From positions 53,258,001 through 53,322,000 of the forward strand of contig NC_043015.1 of assembly GCF_006345805.1 (NCBI RefSeq): DNA of 64,000 nt. The letters run 5' to 3'. Numbering within the stretch: the stretch's first letter is position 1; each line of letters begins with the position of its first letter. The DNA is from Octopus sinensis. Its lineage: Eukaryota. Shown in pieces: positions 13,641 to 28,037 of this stretch. The notes under the pieces are model-generated. The model did not search any database. It was not told the DNA's origin and saw only the letters and a program-made list of their open reading frames with translations. A program made the position numbers and the translations under genes.

Positions 13641-15029
13641 ATTATTATTAACTACACATGTTTGCCCTTTGGAATTTGTTTTGTAGTTTTATGTTTTGTA
13701 TTTGGTTTGCTTTTACACTTAGACTTGTTTTGTGTAAATGCTGACAATGAATCCTCTCGTTCTTTGTATTCGATATAATGAGTTCGTCTTTGCCGTACAA
13801 GCTGATCCCCACTAATTCCTTTAAAAAGAATCAAGGTGACATCTCACAGGATTTCACTATAACAGAATAATTTCAAAAATCTTCCATTTCATCTTTCTCA
13901 TTCCAGTAATTATCTCGAAGAAAAATCAAACATCTCTTGGAATGCTTAATTATTTGGATGACGCCTTCTGTGATATTCTAGCCGACTTAGTGGCTTTTAT
14001 GAAATGGTTCGACCTTATTGAAAGAACTATCAGAGGTCAACGACCTCGAAATGGATAAATCCGTTTTCAATTTTGTCTTCGAGATCGTTGAACTGAATGA
14101 TGACAAACACAATATAGTTCCAAAGGTTAGAATTCATTTCGTGTCAGCTTTTGTTTTATGTATGATCGTCTTACCGTCTAAAGTGAAAATCCCTTATGAT
14201 GCGATTTTAAAGTTTACATTGTTTGTTTTAAGTGTTATAACTTCCGATTATTTATTTGGGTTTCTGCGTAAATGATACTGTATATCGCTACAGCTTATTT
14301 TATGTAAAATATACCAAGTCATTTAAAAGCAGTCGACCTGAAGTCAGCCTTCTGTTTCAGAGAAACGCAACATTTTACACAAATCTAACTCAAATTTAAA
14401 CAAAAAGACAGATCTAATGTCGGCTTGTAAATACATATTTTAATGCTTTCTGGCAAGAAATCATTGAGGCCACTTCTGATGACTGACATATGACACCAGA
14501 TGACTTACACTGCCTGCATTACCACCTCGAATGAGTCTTACTTTCCAGAGATCTTGGCGAATGCCTGCCACACAAAATCCCATTCATCCTAACTATATTA
14601 ATTACACATGCACACATGAACACACAGACATATATTCACACTCATAAAAACAATATTTACACACACACACACACACACAAACACAAACACACATACACAA
14701 GTACGTAAACATGTGTTTTTACGGATACAAACACTTCCTTTCTTCTTTTCTAGTTTCGCTGGATTGCTTCGATCTCCGTCGTTAATTTAACACTATGCGG
14801 TGACCATAATCAGGAGCTGTAGTCTATGAAGTTTAGGTATGTACGGGCATGGCTGGAATGTTTTTGATAAAATGGATTTTCATTCGGATCGCTCTGAAGC
14901 AAAATTACAAAAATAAACCTCAACGTCAAAGTCAAGACCAACAACAATGGCCAAGACAGTAAGGTTTATGGCCCGGGGTTAAACGACCGGAGCCACAAAT
15001 GCAACAAAAACACTAACAGCAACACTCAC

Positions 15030-15152
15030 CACCCCAAGATTCCTTTCGGGTTCAGTGCCACGGCTTGGCTCTTTGGGCAAAAACATCGGGTGTATAAATA
15101 TCTTCTGGGTGGATTTGGTAGACAGAAACTGAAAGGAGCCCGTCGTATATAC

Positions 15153-15193
<41 letters not shown>

Positions 15194-15215
15194 CGTGTGT
15201 GTGTGTGTGTGTGTG

Positions 15216-15259
<44 letters not shown>

Positions 15260-16116
15260 GCTAGTTAGTTAGTTAATTTTTTGGCTCAAAAAGCAAAAAG
15301 CAAGGCCATGTAGTGGGGACATGGTGTTATGTACAGGGTGGTGTTCATGTAAAGAGTTCAGGCCACTTCAGGTCAAGGGAGACTTTGAACCGAGCGGTCG
15401 ACGGCATCTTCACCATCTCGTCTGGCAGCTTATTCCACGGATCCGCAACCCGGACGGAGAAAGCCCCTCTCCTTCGATTGAGATGAAATCGTCGCAGATA
15501 GAGCTTTTCGGAATGACCCCGCAGCCGACGCTCTGGAGCAGGAGTGAAGAACAGCTCTTTAGAGAGGTTACACTTTCCGCTTATGATGTTGTGAGCAAGA
15601 ATGAGATCACCACGGCGTCGTCGTTTTTCTAGAGAATAAAGGTCGAGCGTCTTCAGCCTTTTTTCATAAGACAAATTCTTGAGACCAAGAACCATGCGGG
15701 TAGCCAGCTTCTGTACTCTTTCGAGATGCTGTATGTCTTTGAGGAGATAAGGAGAAGAGGCTTCAATCCCGTACTACAATATGGGTCTCACCAGCGTGAC
15801 ATAGAGCGGCAGGAATATGGCTGCTGTGAGCATTCCGAATGACAGTCGAATCAAGAACAGAATTCCGCGTGCTTTGTTGGCAGCATGGACGCACTGGGCC
15901 GAAGGCGAAAAGAAGGAATCCACCAAGATAGCCAGGTCCTTTACCTGATCGGTCCTCTTCAGCAGCAGACAACCCGGCTCGAAATCAAGTTGAGTTGCAG
16001 AAGGAGAGCCAACAGGCAGATGACAGCACTTTGACACGTTCAGACACAGGTCTCATTCGTTAGACCATCTCCAAATTTGGTGGCGGCATCGACGAAGATC
16101 CTCTATATCACCGCGA

Positions 16117-16148
<32 letters not shown>

Positions 16149-16370
16149 TGCGTAAGTATGTGTCTGCATCTGCTTTTGTGCTCCCAATCCGCCTCACAGC
16201 CGATATTGGTGTACTTACGATTCCGTAACTTAGCGGTTCGACCAAAAAGCAATACAATAAGTTTCAGACTCTGAAAATGTAGATATTGGGCTCGATTTAT
16301 TCGAATAAAATTCTGCAAGGCAGTGCCCCATTATGGCCGCAGCCTAATGGGTGAGACACGTGAACAGAAA
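15030..16370 (+). mobile_element. Composite SINE family 2 (tRNA-like head, internal microsatellite, body), interrupted by CR1
   Basis: Head ...gggttcagtgccacggc...ggatttggtagacagaaactgaaaggagcccgtcg. The body resumes after the LINE at ~16160. Confidence 0.65.
15262..16115 (-). mobile_element. 5'-truncated CR1-group LINE (RT C-terminus, 3' UTR, (TAAC)n tail)
   Basis: ORFs LNVSKCCHL...AANKARGILFLIRLSF...LYVTLVRPIL and LSYEKRLKTLDLYSLEKRRRRGDLI...FSVRVADPWNKLP. Inserted in the (TG)n of a composite SINE. Confidence 0.85.
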
Positions 16371-17611
16371 AAAAAAAAGATTAATAAAAAGATATTTATT
16401 TCATTATAATTTTTGAGGTATTCGGGTTTTATTGTCTATATTTCTCTCTTAAAATATTGATTTTTGCTTTAAAAGCATAAACAGTGTTATTATGTTTTAT
16501 AGATTATAGATTACATCAATAGATTAGTTAACATGTACTTATAGATATTAAAATTTACATTTTATTACATATTTTTGGCACGAAGAGACATAGAGTGAGA
16601 GAGAGCGAGAAAGAAGGAAGAGCGAAAATAAGGTTATTAATGAGTTAAATTGAAATCAATATGGCGTCTACTTCGTTAAATACGTGCGTTCTTAGCTGTT
16701 TGATCAACTGTTATATATATATATATATATATATATTAGAGAGACCAAAGTATATGTATAAAAAAACAGAATACAAAAATGGGACAAGAACGCAACAGAC
16801 GACAACAAAGCATCCAGACAGATGATATGTATATTTTCTCATTCATATACTTACATATCCAGACATGCTCATATATACTTAAATGATAAACTTCTTGACA
16901 TTTTAACAGATTTTTACAGTTCCAATGATGGATTGGGTCTGTAGCCTTCGAGTCAACTCTTTTCTGGTTATGTTTGTATGTATGTATGTATGTATGTATG
17001 TATGTATGCATGTATGTATGTATGTATGTATGTATGTATGTATGTATGTATGTATGTATGCATGTGTGCCAGGAAGTAGGTGCATGTCAGCTTGATTTCT
17101 AGTGCCACTGGCAGCATGTATGACATTAACACCTGTTGCAAGTTTGGGTCAAGTAATATATTCAGTTTTGGTCAAGTCAGTCGCTTTATTCTCTGCGTTT
17201 CACCTGTAGGCACACCGGCTCTTCAGGCATAACTGGACCCAAAATGTTTACACCCACAGATGAGTCTCCGCTTGGTAAGGGATTACCTCGACCAAAATAG
17301 AATATGCGTGTATGTGTCTGTGAGTGTGTGTGAGCATGGATGTGTAAGAGAATCGAGGTATGAGAGCTGAATGCATATTTATTTAACCACATGACATCCT
17401 TAGGATTACTGCCGTTTCGCAACCCTTCCCATGCATATAAAAATATACAAAAATTATATATTTCGACGATATATATTTTTATATTTACTTTATCTACTTC
17501 AGTACTCTATTCTTATCCCTTCTTTTTTTTTATTTACACTAAGGATAGTCAATATTTTTTATTATTATTTGACATTTTTACGTTTCAGGTTCTATATGTG
17601 ACTGTTTAATC

Positions 17612-18677
17612 ATGCCATGTACAAAAGAAGCCTTGGAACTGTCTGAATTTCAAAGAAGCCGTATTGTGAATTATTCTGAAGATGGACATAGTCAGCGTAA
17701 AATCGCAGAAAACTTTCGGATACTGCTTTTTACAGGTAATAGATTGTGCAATTCATCAGAGAGGGGAAGGAATATGCATCATCTCATTTAAATCGACCAG
17801 GGTCCTCTGATAAGACCCTTCGCTTTGTTAAGTGAAGTGCGGAGGATAATCCGTGTTGTAAGGGCTCTGACATAGGAGAATAAGTTGATGTCAGTCCCAG
17901 AACAGCTGCAAAGTATCTCCACAAACTTGGCTACTATGGCATATCAGTAAGAAGGTAGCCACTTCTTCGACCAGCCAATATCAAGTGGTGAAAATATTAG
18001 ACCAGTGAGATGGTGGAAAGGCCACTTGCATTTTGGGACACTCTCATATTCTCTGATATGTCCAAATTTCCTGTATTTCTGACAGTGCTCGCGTGTGGGT
18101 CTGGAGAATCTGTGATCAAAAATTTGATGTGAAAAGATTGCAGCCAACAATGAGACACAGCAGCTATTCTATGGTGGTCTGGGGAGTAATTTGGAGCAAA
18201 GGTTCATCAAAGCTAGTGGGGTATGAGGGAAATATAAACTCAGATAAATATGTGTCCATACTGCAGAAGAGATTCCTTCCAATCTTCTCCAGTGTTGAAA
18301 TGGTTAAAGAAGACTCATTATTTATGGAAGATGGGGCTCTTTGTCACATGGCTACAATGACCAAAAATTTGTTGGATGAGAATGGCATTAAAAAGCTTCC
18401 GTGGGAAACCCAGTCACAAGCTGTGAACCCTATTGAAAACATCTGGAACATAATGGACAGGATACTTCATACATAGAACAAGAAAGCATCTTTAAAGCCA
18501 GATGTTTTGAGATTAATGCATGAAACCTAGCAAGAAATTCTGCAAGGGAATATTCGTCATCTGAGCAGTTACATACCTAATAGCGTTCTGCATTGAAAAC
18601 TATTAAATATTCATATAATAATTAATAAATAATTTCAATGTATAATTTCAGATTTAAATGATTATAAGGTTGTGTAT
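17612..18677 (+). mobile_element. Degenerate Tc1-family DNA transposon (paired-like HTH plus DDE)
   Basis: MPCTKEALELSEFQRSRIVNYSEDGHSQRKIAE, then MVVWGVIW...FMEDGALCH...NPIENIW. Several stops and frameshifts. Confidence 0.85.
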
Positions 18678-19013
18678 TTACTTCTGTCATGTCTGTATGT
18701 GTGTATATATATATATATATATTATATATATATATATATTATATATAATAGATAAACAGGTAAATATAAAGTAAAATAGATAAACAGATACCAGGGCAGC
18801 AAAAGATCACACAAGTAATAAGGACGTAACATCTTGTTTGTAAAGGTAGACACTACGGGTTGATGTGAAATATTTTGAACAATATATATAAATAAATACA
18901 TTCTGTTTCACCATTTTCTTCTTTTGGAATAATACCAATGTCTTCTTCGAAACACGTATCGGAAGTAAAAGAATCCGAATAACTCCTGCGTTTAACTCCA
19001 TCTGTATATACAT

Positions 19014-19045
<32 letters not shown>

Positions 19046-19059
19046 TACACATTTATACA

Positions 19060-19124
<65 letters not shown>

Positions 19125-19524
19125 ATATATACACTGTTTGTGACGTCCTGTTTTTGTTATGTATTATCATTATTGTTTTTACGTATTTTTGTATTCATAT
19201 TCGTGTAACATCGTCCGTTTTTCCGTCTTTGTTTTGCATATATTTGAGGCTTTCTTCCAAGGAATCTAGTGCGCTTAGCTTAGATGTTCCTTGAGGCTGG
19301 CCAGATCGGAGCAATCTCAAGATTAATCAGCCGAAATTGCGAGGATGATCTGGTTCTTCACTGAAGATTGAAGGCTTCGAATGTCCCGTCCGTGTTTTTT
19401 GTATCGGCTTCTAAATGTTTTGCGTTCTTGTCCCAGTTTGTATTTTTTTACATATATATATATATATATATATATGTATGCATGCATGTATGTATGTATG
19501 TATGTATGTATGTATGTATGTATG

Positions 19525-19558
<34 letters not shown>

Positions 19559-19807
19559 TGTATGTATGTATGTACATTATCATTTGACTCTGGCCATCTT
19601 GAGGCACTGCCTTGAAGGCTCTTTTTAGTCGAGTACATCGACACCAAGACTTATATTTTGAACCCTGCTACTTATTCTATCGATCTCTACTGCCGAGCCG
19701 CTACGTTACGTGGAGTGGACGTAAACACACCAACACCAAGACCACTTGTCAAGTGGTGGTGTGAGACACAAGAAGACACACAAATAGATACATGCATACA
19801 CACACAG

Positions 19808-19878
<71 letters not shown>

Positions 19879-19904
19879 CTCCTTTACTCTTTTACACTTT
19901 TACT

Positions 19905-20250
19905 TGTTTCAGTCATTTGACTGCGACCATGCTGGAGCACCGCCTTTAATCGAGCAATTCGATCCGGGGACTTATTCTTTTGTAAGCCCAGTACTTATTC
20001 TATCGGTCTCTTATTCTATCGGTTGTCAAGCAATGCTAGGGGGACAAACACAGACACACAAACACACACACACGCATACATATACATATATACGACAGGC
20101 TTCTTTCAGTTTCCGTCTACCAAATCCACTCACAAGGCTTTGGTCGGCCCGAGGCTATAGTAGAATACACTTGCCCAAGTTGTCACGCAGTGGGATTGAA
20201 CCCGGAACCATGTGGTTGGTAAACAAGCTACTTACCGCACAACCACGCCT
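19905..20250 (-). mobile_element. Composite SINE family 2, full
   Basis: Body 19905-20060, (CA/TA)n, head 20095-20250. Extra partial copies at 19590-19800 and 20295-20432. Confidence 0.85.
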
Positions 20251-20478
20251 ATATATATATATATATATAGATATATATATATATACATATATACGACTGG
20301 CTTCAACTCACAACGCTTTGGCTAGTCCGAGGCTATAGTAGAAGACACTTGCGCAACTGCCAGGCAGTGGGATTGAACCCGGAAATCTGTAGTCATGACG
20401 CAACTTTCTTACCTCACTGCCACCCCTGCGCCTATAAAAAAATTAGGCTCGTCCAGGAACCCAAATATACATACACAC

Positions 20479-20518
<40 letters not shown>

Positions 20519-21804
20519 GGTTTATGAGAGGTTATAGTGTCAGTAAAACCCAAGGGAGTCAGGTAATGCTGAAAAAATTTTATATATATATATGTGTGTG
20601 TGTGTGCGCGTGTGCGTATGTGTGTGTGTATATATATATATGTATGTATGTATGCATGTTATATCTACACACACACACACAAGCACATGAAAGAAGTATA
20701 ATATAAGAAGGAAAGAATGAGAAGCAAAGACGACAGGTCATTGCCATCGTATTCGTCATTTCTTTTTCTTTAATTTGTTATTTAGCCGGATTTTATCTGT
20801 TTATTCTTTCGGTTGGTTGTTTAGGGAACTATAATGTTTGTTCTTGAGAATAATAGAAACGAAATGAAAGTATCAGCGAAAATTGAAGGCTGGAATAGAA
20901 GTATAAATGAACGAACGAAATGAAGATATTCAAGGATAAACTCTAAAAAGAAACTGCACGAAAATAAAAACAAACAACAAGCGTATGTGACGTTCTATTT
21001 TTAAACAAAAGGATGAAAGAAAAGTGGTGGTGATGGTGGTGGTGGTGGGGGTACAAATAACAACAACAAAAACAAGAATAGAAGATGGTGGGGATGGTGG
21101 GGATGGTGAGTAGATGTGAGAAGCGGAACAATCGAACGAATGAAGAAAACTCCCTTCACGGTACTAAGCTTTCGCGATGGAATAAATATGAACGAATAAC
21201 AAAACGAAATAAAAATTATTTTTACGAAAGAATGAAGAAGGGAGAATAACACTTAAAGGAATTTATAATATTGTCGATATTTTTGGTTTTTAACATTTCA
21301 ATGAATAATAATTTTTCTGAATTTTAGCGTAGAGAAATGTTTGTAACTTCAAACAACAATACAAAAAAAAACAATAATAAAATGGTTAGAATAAGACAAT
21401 AATACAAAGCAACATTTAGATTAAAGGAAAAACTAAACGATAACGTGCATAATGTGATATAATATAATATAATATAATACAATATAATATAATATAATAT
21501 AATAAGGATAAACAGAGTTTGAAACTAAGGATTTTCACGGATGTGTGCATACCTGTTGAATACATACATAGAGACAAACAGACAGATAAACTGATAGGTA
21601 GATAGACAGATAGATAGAAATAGAGAAATAGACGGAAACACATGCAACCCCCACATATATATATGTATACACATATATACGTATATATACATAAATTATA
21701 CATATATATAGATACATGTATATTTATGTATATATACGTATTATATTTGTATATTTATAATTATATATATTATAGTATATATATAATATATATAATATAT
21801 TATA

Positions 21805-21836
<32 letters not shown>

Positions 21837-21911
21837 ACCGAAGTAAGCACATAAATGTGAAACAAGGTGGAAGAAAAAGAGTACTCAAAGACCAGAGGTA
21901 GAGTAATATGA

Positions 21912-22019
21912 TTTATTTAAAAGCAGCAGAAATATAACAAAAACTGGTTCACGTTCCCGTTCATCGGAATGTGAAACTCCGAGTAACAGTTTTTGGGATA
22001 TTTCTGCTGCATTTAAATA

Positions 22020-22021
<2 letters not shown>
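21912..22021. repeat. Inverted repeat, 35-bp arms (32/35), in a PLE-terminal-like element
   Basis: tttatttaaaagcagcagaaatataacaaaaactg / cagtttttgggatatttctgctgcatttaaataaa. Confidence 0.9.
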
Positions 22022-22062
<41 letters not shown>

Positions 22063-22194
22063 TGGCTGTGTCTGTGTCTGTCTGTGTGTATTCTTATTTT
22101 TCTTTTATACTTTTACTCTTTTACTGGTTTCAGTTAGAGGCTGGTATCATGCTGGAGCACCCCCTTTCTGTGTTTTGGGAATCCTCCTGTCGGT

Positions 22195-22390
22195 ACTGTT
22201 TTTTTTTTTTGTGAAGAAGAGAGTTGCATGGAGCTGCTTTTTTGCACTCACTGCCTTGTTGGGGGCTCATCTGGGATTTCAAATTGAAATTTATCTGGGT
22301 GCCTTTCTTTAAATGTCTCCACATCTACACCTTGCAGACCTCTTAGGTTATTCTGGCAGGATTCTCGCATTGCAAATACAATCTGTAAGT
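22195..22390 (-). mobile_element. Decayed CR1/Crack-like LINE 3' coding fragment
   Basis: NLRGLQGVDVETFKERHPDKFQFEIPDEPP...AAPCNSLLH resembles the LINE C-terminal NLR...FKxxLDxFLxxIPDEP motif. Confidence 0.5.
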
Positions 22391-22540
22391 GGAACAGTGA
22401 AAATATACAAGACTTTCCTCACATTGAAAATAAGACATTGTTTTCGTTATATACATTCCAAAGATGGAGCTTTGTATCTTTGTTAGAAACTAGCTCCTTC
22501 TCCAGGGGAAGAATTTAAATCATTAAATGCAGAAGATACA

Positions 22541-22885
22541 TATTGTGTTGTCCAGAAAGTCCGTGCCGATTTTCAAAGGTCAATAATTACTTGCCATTAT
22601 ATTTTTAATCAACCAAATATGAACCATTTTGTTGCACAATGCGTCTCCTTTCTTTTAACTTGAAAATACCCTTTTCCCAGAATTGAGGTGGTTTCATGGC
22701 AAAGAATTCATCAAGGTATCTTTTTACATCGTCCAAGGAATTGAAATTTTTTCCATTAAGACTATTCTGTAGAGACCTGAATAAATGGAAATCGAAGGAG
22801 CAATAGCTGGTGAATATAGAGGGTGGGGTAACACATTCCAGCCGAGCTGCAGCAATTTTTGTCTGATTCCCAAAGCATCAAGTGC
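22541..22885 (-). mobile_element. Mariner transposase 3' fragment with right TIR
   Basis: QKLLQLGWNVLPH...FHLFRSLQNSLNGKNFNSLDDVKRYLDEFF-like sequence. TIR tattgtgttgtccagaaagtccgtgccgatttt at 22541. Confidence 0.8.
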
Positions 22886-23537
22886 TGAAAATGAACTTTC
22901 TTACCTTCCATTTTAAAGGGTTCTTATTTTTCATTTTAAAGCGGTCGCCTTTGCGGCGATTTGGTTTCATCAACCTCTGAATGATATTGAGTTTTTAAAA
23001 CAATGCGTCTATTAAATGATCTCTTTCCTGACAAACATTGTATCTACTGGGGTTTTCTTTTTTTACCATATACATTCGTTAAGTATATCATATGTATGTA
23101 TGCATGTATGTATGTAGATATGATTGACCTCTAGCTCCAAAAGCTTTTTTTTGTTCTCTTTCAGTTTCTTTTCTCGTGTTCCTTTATGCTGAAGAGCGTA
23201 GACTCGAAACGTAACAGACTTTCACCCCTTCCCGAGCGTCAAACTAATACGCCTGTTAACTGTTTATACACCTATCTTCGTCTTTTGTTTTTCTGTAAAT
23301 TCAAACTGTAACCCAGAAGCTAATGGTACACAGATATTGCTTTAGAGCTGAGTGGGGACACTAAACTCCCTTGTTCGAAAATATAAGGACGCAGATAGTC
23401 GAACCTTCTTGACAAACCATTGCTCCGAATGTACACTACTCGAAAACAAGAGTAAAGTTGCATTGAACTCGGCCGAGCGGCGTTTGAGAATATTTCAGCT
23501 TTAATTACAACTTTTTTGTCTGTGTTTATGTACACGG

Positions 23538-23578
<41 letters not shown>

Positions 23579-24537
23579 GTGTGTGTGTGTGTGTGTGTGT
23601 GTGCACGTGCACGCACGTGTTTGTGTGTGTATCTATGCGTATACCACTTAAAGGGATTTCGGTGCCACTGCACCGGTTGGAAGAGTTATATATATTTCTC
23701 TTATTCCAGAAGTTAAACTAAGTTAAGGTGAAAGCAATTTATGGCTGAGTAAGTTGTGTCATGGTGCTGTTTTTCTCACAGACAGTGCCCAAGTGACCCT
23801 ACTCTACTGTGTAATTGACAAAATCAAAAACAAATAATGTGCATGCACAAAATTATAAATATAATATGGCGACAATTTAACCATCGCACCATGTATGTAT
23901 GTACACACACACACACACGCATTTATATATACAGTGAGAGAAAGAGAGAGAGAGAGGGAGAGAGAGAGAGAGAGCAAGTGAGAGAAATGACTCAATTTAC
24001 CAGGACCCGTATTACGAAACGCCAGGTTTAGGTGTTTTATTTTTCAATCACAATATCCAAAGTTTGAGCGAAGGACAACTGTTTCTACTACCATAACAAA
24101 TGTTTCTGCGTGTTACCGAGAAATTTATAGAGAGCGAAAACAAAGCTTCTTCTAAGCAAACAACTCTACACTTGTCTTTTATAAAGAAATCTGCAAGTCC
24201 GTCTACGAGTGCTTGTGAATCGGTGAGCGCGTCTGTAAGTGGTGTGCGTTAATCTAGTGCCAGTCAAAGTGATTCAGAAAACGACTATACTAATAATACC
24301 TTTTTATTATAAATGATCTTCAGGTACTTTTTTACCTTATATAAAATATTCTTTACATTCTACTGTTGTTTTATTGCCATTTATTTACGAGCATTATAAA
24401 TCTTATAGGTAAAATATTTTTCTGTGTATTACGATTTATAACATTGCTACTATGGCAAATTATTGCTCTTGCTTTATGAGGTCTCACTTTTCGAGCGGTC
24501 TCCGGTAACAATTTAACTCGTATTATATACGCACACA

Positions 24538-24675
24538 AGGTGGCGAGCTGGCAGAATCGTTAGCAGCCGGGTTCAAATTTCGCCGAGGTCGATAAATTAA
24601 GTACCAGTGGAACACTGAGGTTGATGTAGTCGACTTGTTACCTGCACCAAACTTCAGGCCTTTTGCCTTCAATAG
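24538..24675 (+). mobile_element. SINE family 1 (internally deleted)
   Basis: ggtggcgagctggcagaatcgttagc...ggtcgataaattaagtaccag. Confidence 0.8.
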
Positions 24676-24701
24676 AAAAGATTATACACACATACACACA
24701 C

Positions 24702-24766
<65 letters not shown>

Positions 24767-24937
24767 CATACATACATACATGCATAAATACATACAACAT
24801 ACATATACATACGAACGCATGCCACACACATACGTGCGTATACACAGCTTCATACACACGTATGTATATAATATATATATACATATATGTGTTTGTGTGT
24901 GTGTATGTGTGTTGTGTGTGTGTGTGTGTGTGTGTGT

Positions 24938-24970
<33 letters not shown>

Positions 24971-25500
24971 TGTGTGTAATAATATAAAGTTGTTTTCACC
25001 AGCCCTGACGTTTCGTTGATAAAAACCCAGAAGAGGTTACGACGTTGCCATTACGATTTCATCTTGCCGCGATTGTTTTGACTTCGTTTTCTTGAACATT
25101 TGATATTTGATATCACCACACTGATAACGTAATAGAAAAATTGATATTGTGTTGAAAGTGAGGTGTGCACACATCTGCACGGCCATATTTAAGTATACAT
25201 ATTTGCATGTATATAGAGATAGTGGGGTCGAGAGATAATCCGAGCATGCATGTATTTGTGTTTATCTGCATATTTACACATGTGCATGCGAGTGTGTATG
25301 TGTGTGTCTGTGTGTGTGTGTGTCTGTGTGTGTGTGTGTGTCTGTGTGTGTGTGTGAGAGAGAGAGAGCTGAATGTTTATAGAATGTATGCATGAGATGT
25401 TGTGTATTTAGCAAGATAGATGAAACGATATATGTACTTGTTTGTGTGTGTATATACTCATGTAGATTGTTTATATTTACATATGTGTATGATGCATATA

Positions 25501-25537
<37 letters not shown>

Positions 25538-25623
25538 TAATATATATACATAGATCTATATACGTATATATATATATTATATAGATTAGTGTGTGTGTGT
25601 GTGTGTATGTTTATGTGTGGTGT

Positions 25624-25661
<38 letters not shown>

Positions 25662-25723
25662 TGTGTTGTGTGTGTATGCTTATAACGTATATCTTTGACT
25701 TAGCTTTCGGTAGTTACTCAAAT

Positions 25724-25911
25724 TACCGTATTTTAACGTGTATAAGGAATCCTCGTGTATAAGGAAACCCCTAAGTTTTGGGGCTTAAAATTTAGAAAAA
25801 CAGGTTTCGTAAGGGATTATAATACTATCCACTTATAAGAAACTTCCATACTTTTAAACCTAATTTTTGAGAGAGAGAAAAAGGGTTCTTTATGCACGTA
25901 GAAATATGGTA
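25724..25911. mobile_element. Tc1/pogo-type MITE
   Basis: Imperfect TIRs TACCGTATTTTAACGTGTATAAG ... TTTATGCACGTAGAAATATGGTA. Confidence 0.6.
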
Positions 25912-26136
25912 CTTCACGTTTCATGAATATTCGACTGGTCACACGACCGACGATGATGAGTACTGGAAAATATTTCTTATTGCAGTTTTGTATGTCGGAG
26001 CCTCACTGTTTCATTGTTTGGGGCAGATCTCGTGAATCACACTTAAGAAGAACTAAATCTTTACTGAAAATAATTATAATTTAGAACGAAAAGTTTCATT
26101 TGATTGCAAATTGTGTTTTCAATGTTTTGGCCGATT

Positions 26137-26345
26137 AAGGCGGCGAGTTGGCAGAAAGGTTAAACACGTCGGGTGAAATGATTAGCGGTTTTTAGTCTAT
26201 GTTTATGCTCTGAGTTCAAAATCCGCCGAGGTCGGCTTTACCTTTCATCCTTTCTAGGTCGATAAATTAAGTACCATTTGCGTACTGGGGTCGATCTAAT
26301 CGACTGGCCCCTCTCAAAAAGTTTCGGGCCGTGTGCCTACAGCAG
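26137..26345 (+). mobile_element. SINE family 1, full length
   Basis: A box tggcagaaaggtt, B box gagttcaaaatcc, central domain and 3' gtgcctacagcag. Confidence 0.85.
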
Positions 26346-27046
26346 GTAAGAATATTTTGGCCGATTTTCTATTTTGGTTTCTAAATTGTTATCATTGTCA
26401 CGTAGGCCATGTAGGGGTATGTATTTCTTAAGGGTGTAACCCCTCAAAATTACATCTTTACTAACTCATGTGTCTGCTGTATTTTCAGCGAATTGGATCT
26501 ATTTTTGAAGACGCGTAACATTTCCATGAATTGAGGAATGACAAAAATCACTGGTTAATACTTTAGTGTAGTTAGGAGAAAATAGTCAACCATTTCGCTC
26601 TTCGATTACAAGTAAGAGATTTGTCCTTAAATTCGGTTTATATTGTACTATATGTTCCTGGGCGACGAGTCGGACTCCCCATTTATATGTACTTTTTCTT
26701 CCTTAAATTCGCATTAGGATTGTTGGTGTTTGTCAGCGTCTTCATCCATTTTCGTATCCACGAAATTTTATACATTCACATTCGCATGTAGCGTAATTTT
26801 TTAATCAGATTCCTTTAAAATACTTAATTATTCCTGTCAAGCCCATTATAGTATGGCACACAGCAAGTCCTTCGTCTCTCTAAAGTCTGATGTTGATAGA
26901 TAACTTTCATTCTACGCTGTAAAAGGTATCATGTAAAGAAATGCGAAATCTGAGCACCATCACAACGACTCTGCTATGCATTGTAGAGTTTGAATGGAAC
27001 ATAATTAGATAATAAACATTTCCTTTCATTCATTACAATTTTGATA

Positions 27047-27230
27047 AGACGGCGAGCTGGCGGAATCGTTAGCACGCCGGGCGAAATACTTAGCGGTATT
27101 TTTTTCTGTCTTCGTGTTCTGAGTTCAAATTCCATCGAGATCGACTTTGCCTTTCATCCTTTCAGGGTCGATAAATTAAGTACCATTTGCGTGCTGGTGT
27201 CCATCTAACTGGTCCCCTCCCTAAAAATGT
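27047..27230 (+). mobile_element. SINE family 1, full length
   Basis: ggcgagctggcggaatcgttagcacgccgggcg...gagttcaaattcc. Confidence 0.85.
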
Positions 27231-27911
27231 CGCTTTTAGTTATGATGCTGTATTCAGGCAAATATTCCTGAATTTGTGATTGGATAAATGTTCGATATTG
27301 TACCACCATTATATTGGTGGTACATTTACATTGCTTAAAATCCTTTCGTACTTACGTTTTTATAGAACATAAAATGGCTTTGCCGTGCAGTCCGAGCTCA
27401 AGTTTCTTAAGTGTATTTAGATTAATAGGGAAATAATCCATATATACACACACAGAATGGTAAATAATTCAATTCTACATTCACACAAACACGCATGTAT
27501 ATATATATATATAATATATATATTCATATGCATGCACACACATACACATGCGCACACACATATGTATACATATGTGTGTGTATGTATGTATATGTATAAG
27601 CATATGTATTTGTATGTGGTCATACACACTAGCCTCTATATTTGTGTACGTTAGCATATATGATGAGACGTTAGTATCTGTATATATGAAATGTGTGTAT
27701 GTATCTATGTGGATATAGATTTATTTTTATATAGTTACATATATATGTGTGTGTGTGCGTTAATATACATACATATGTGTATATATTTATATATACATAC
27801 ATATATATATCTGATAAAAATATCGAACAATAGTTCAGTTCGTAATTACATTAATACATTACACTCACACCCACAGTCACACACCTACCCAACACCCGCA
27901 TTCATATATAT

Positions 27912-27942
<31 letters not shown>

Positions 27943-27996
27943 TTATATATGTATGTATATGTGTGATATGTTATATATATATATATAATATGTATG

Positions 27997-28037
<41 letters not shown>

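Noticed and set aside
13982-14110. Possible host exon (ADLVAFMKWFDLIERTIRGQRPRNG* or KELSEVNDLEMDK...)
   Set aside because: No recognisable homology, weak splice context, and no partner exons.
19285-19350. Hammerhead-like GGCTG...CAGCC-GAAA
   Set aside because: The CUGANGA core and helix III are not recoverable in this copy. At most a decayed PLE terminus.
22252-22384. Apparent - strand exon with good splice sites (cacttacag / GTGAGT) encoding IVFAMRES...EIPDEPPTR
   Set aside because: The peptide matches the C-terminal motif of CR1/Crack-type LINEs, so a decayed LINE is more parsimonious. Exonisation cannot be excluded without RNA-seq.
25003-25040. Hammerhead-like GTT...AAC-GAAACGTC-AGG on the - strand
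   Set aside because: Three core mismatches (CTTCTGG); could be chance.
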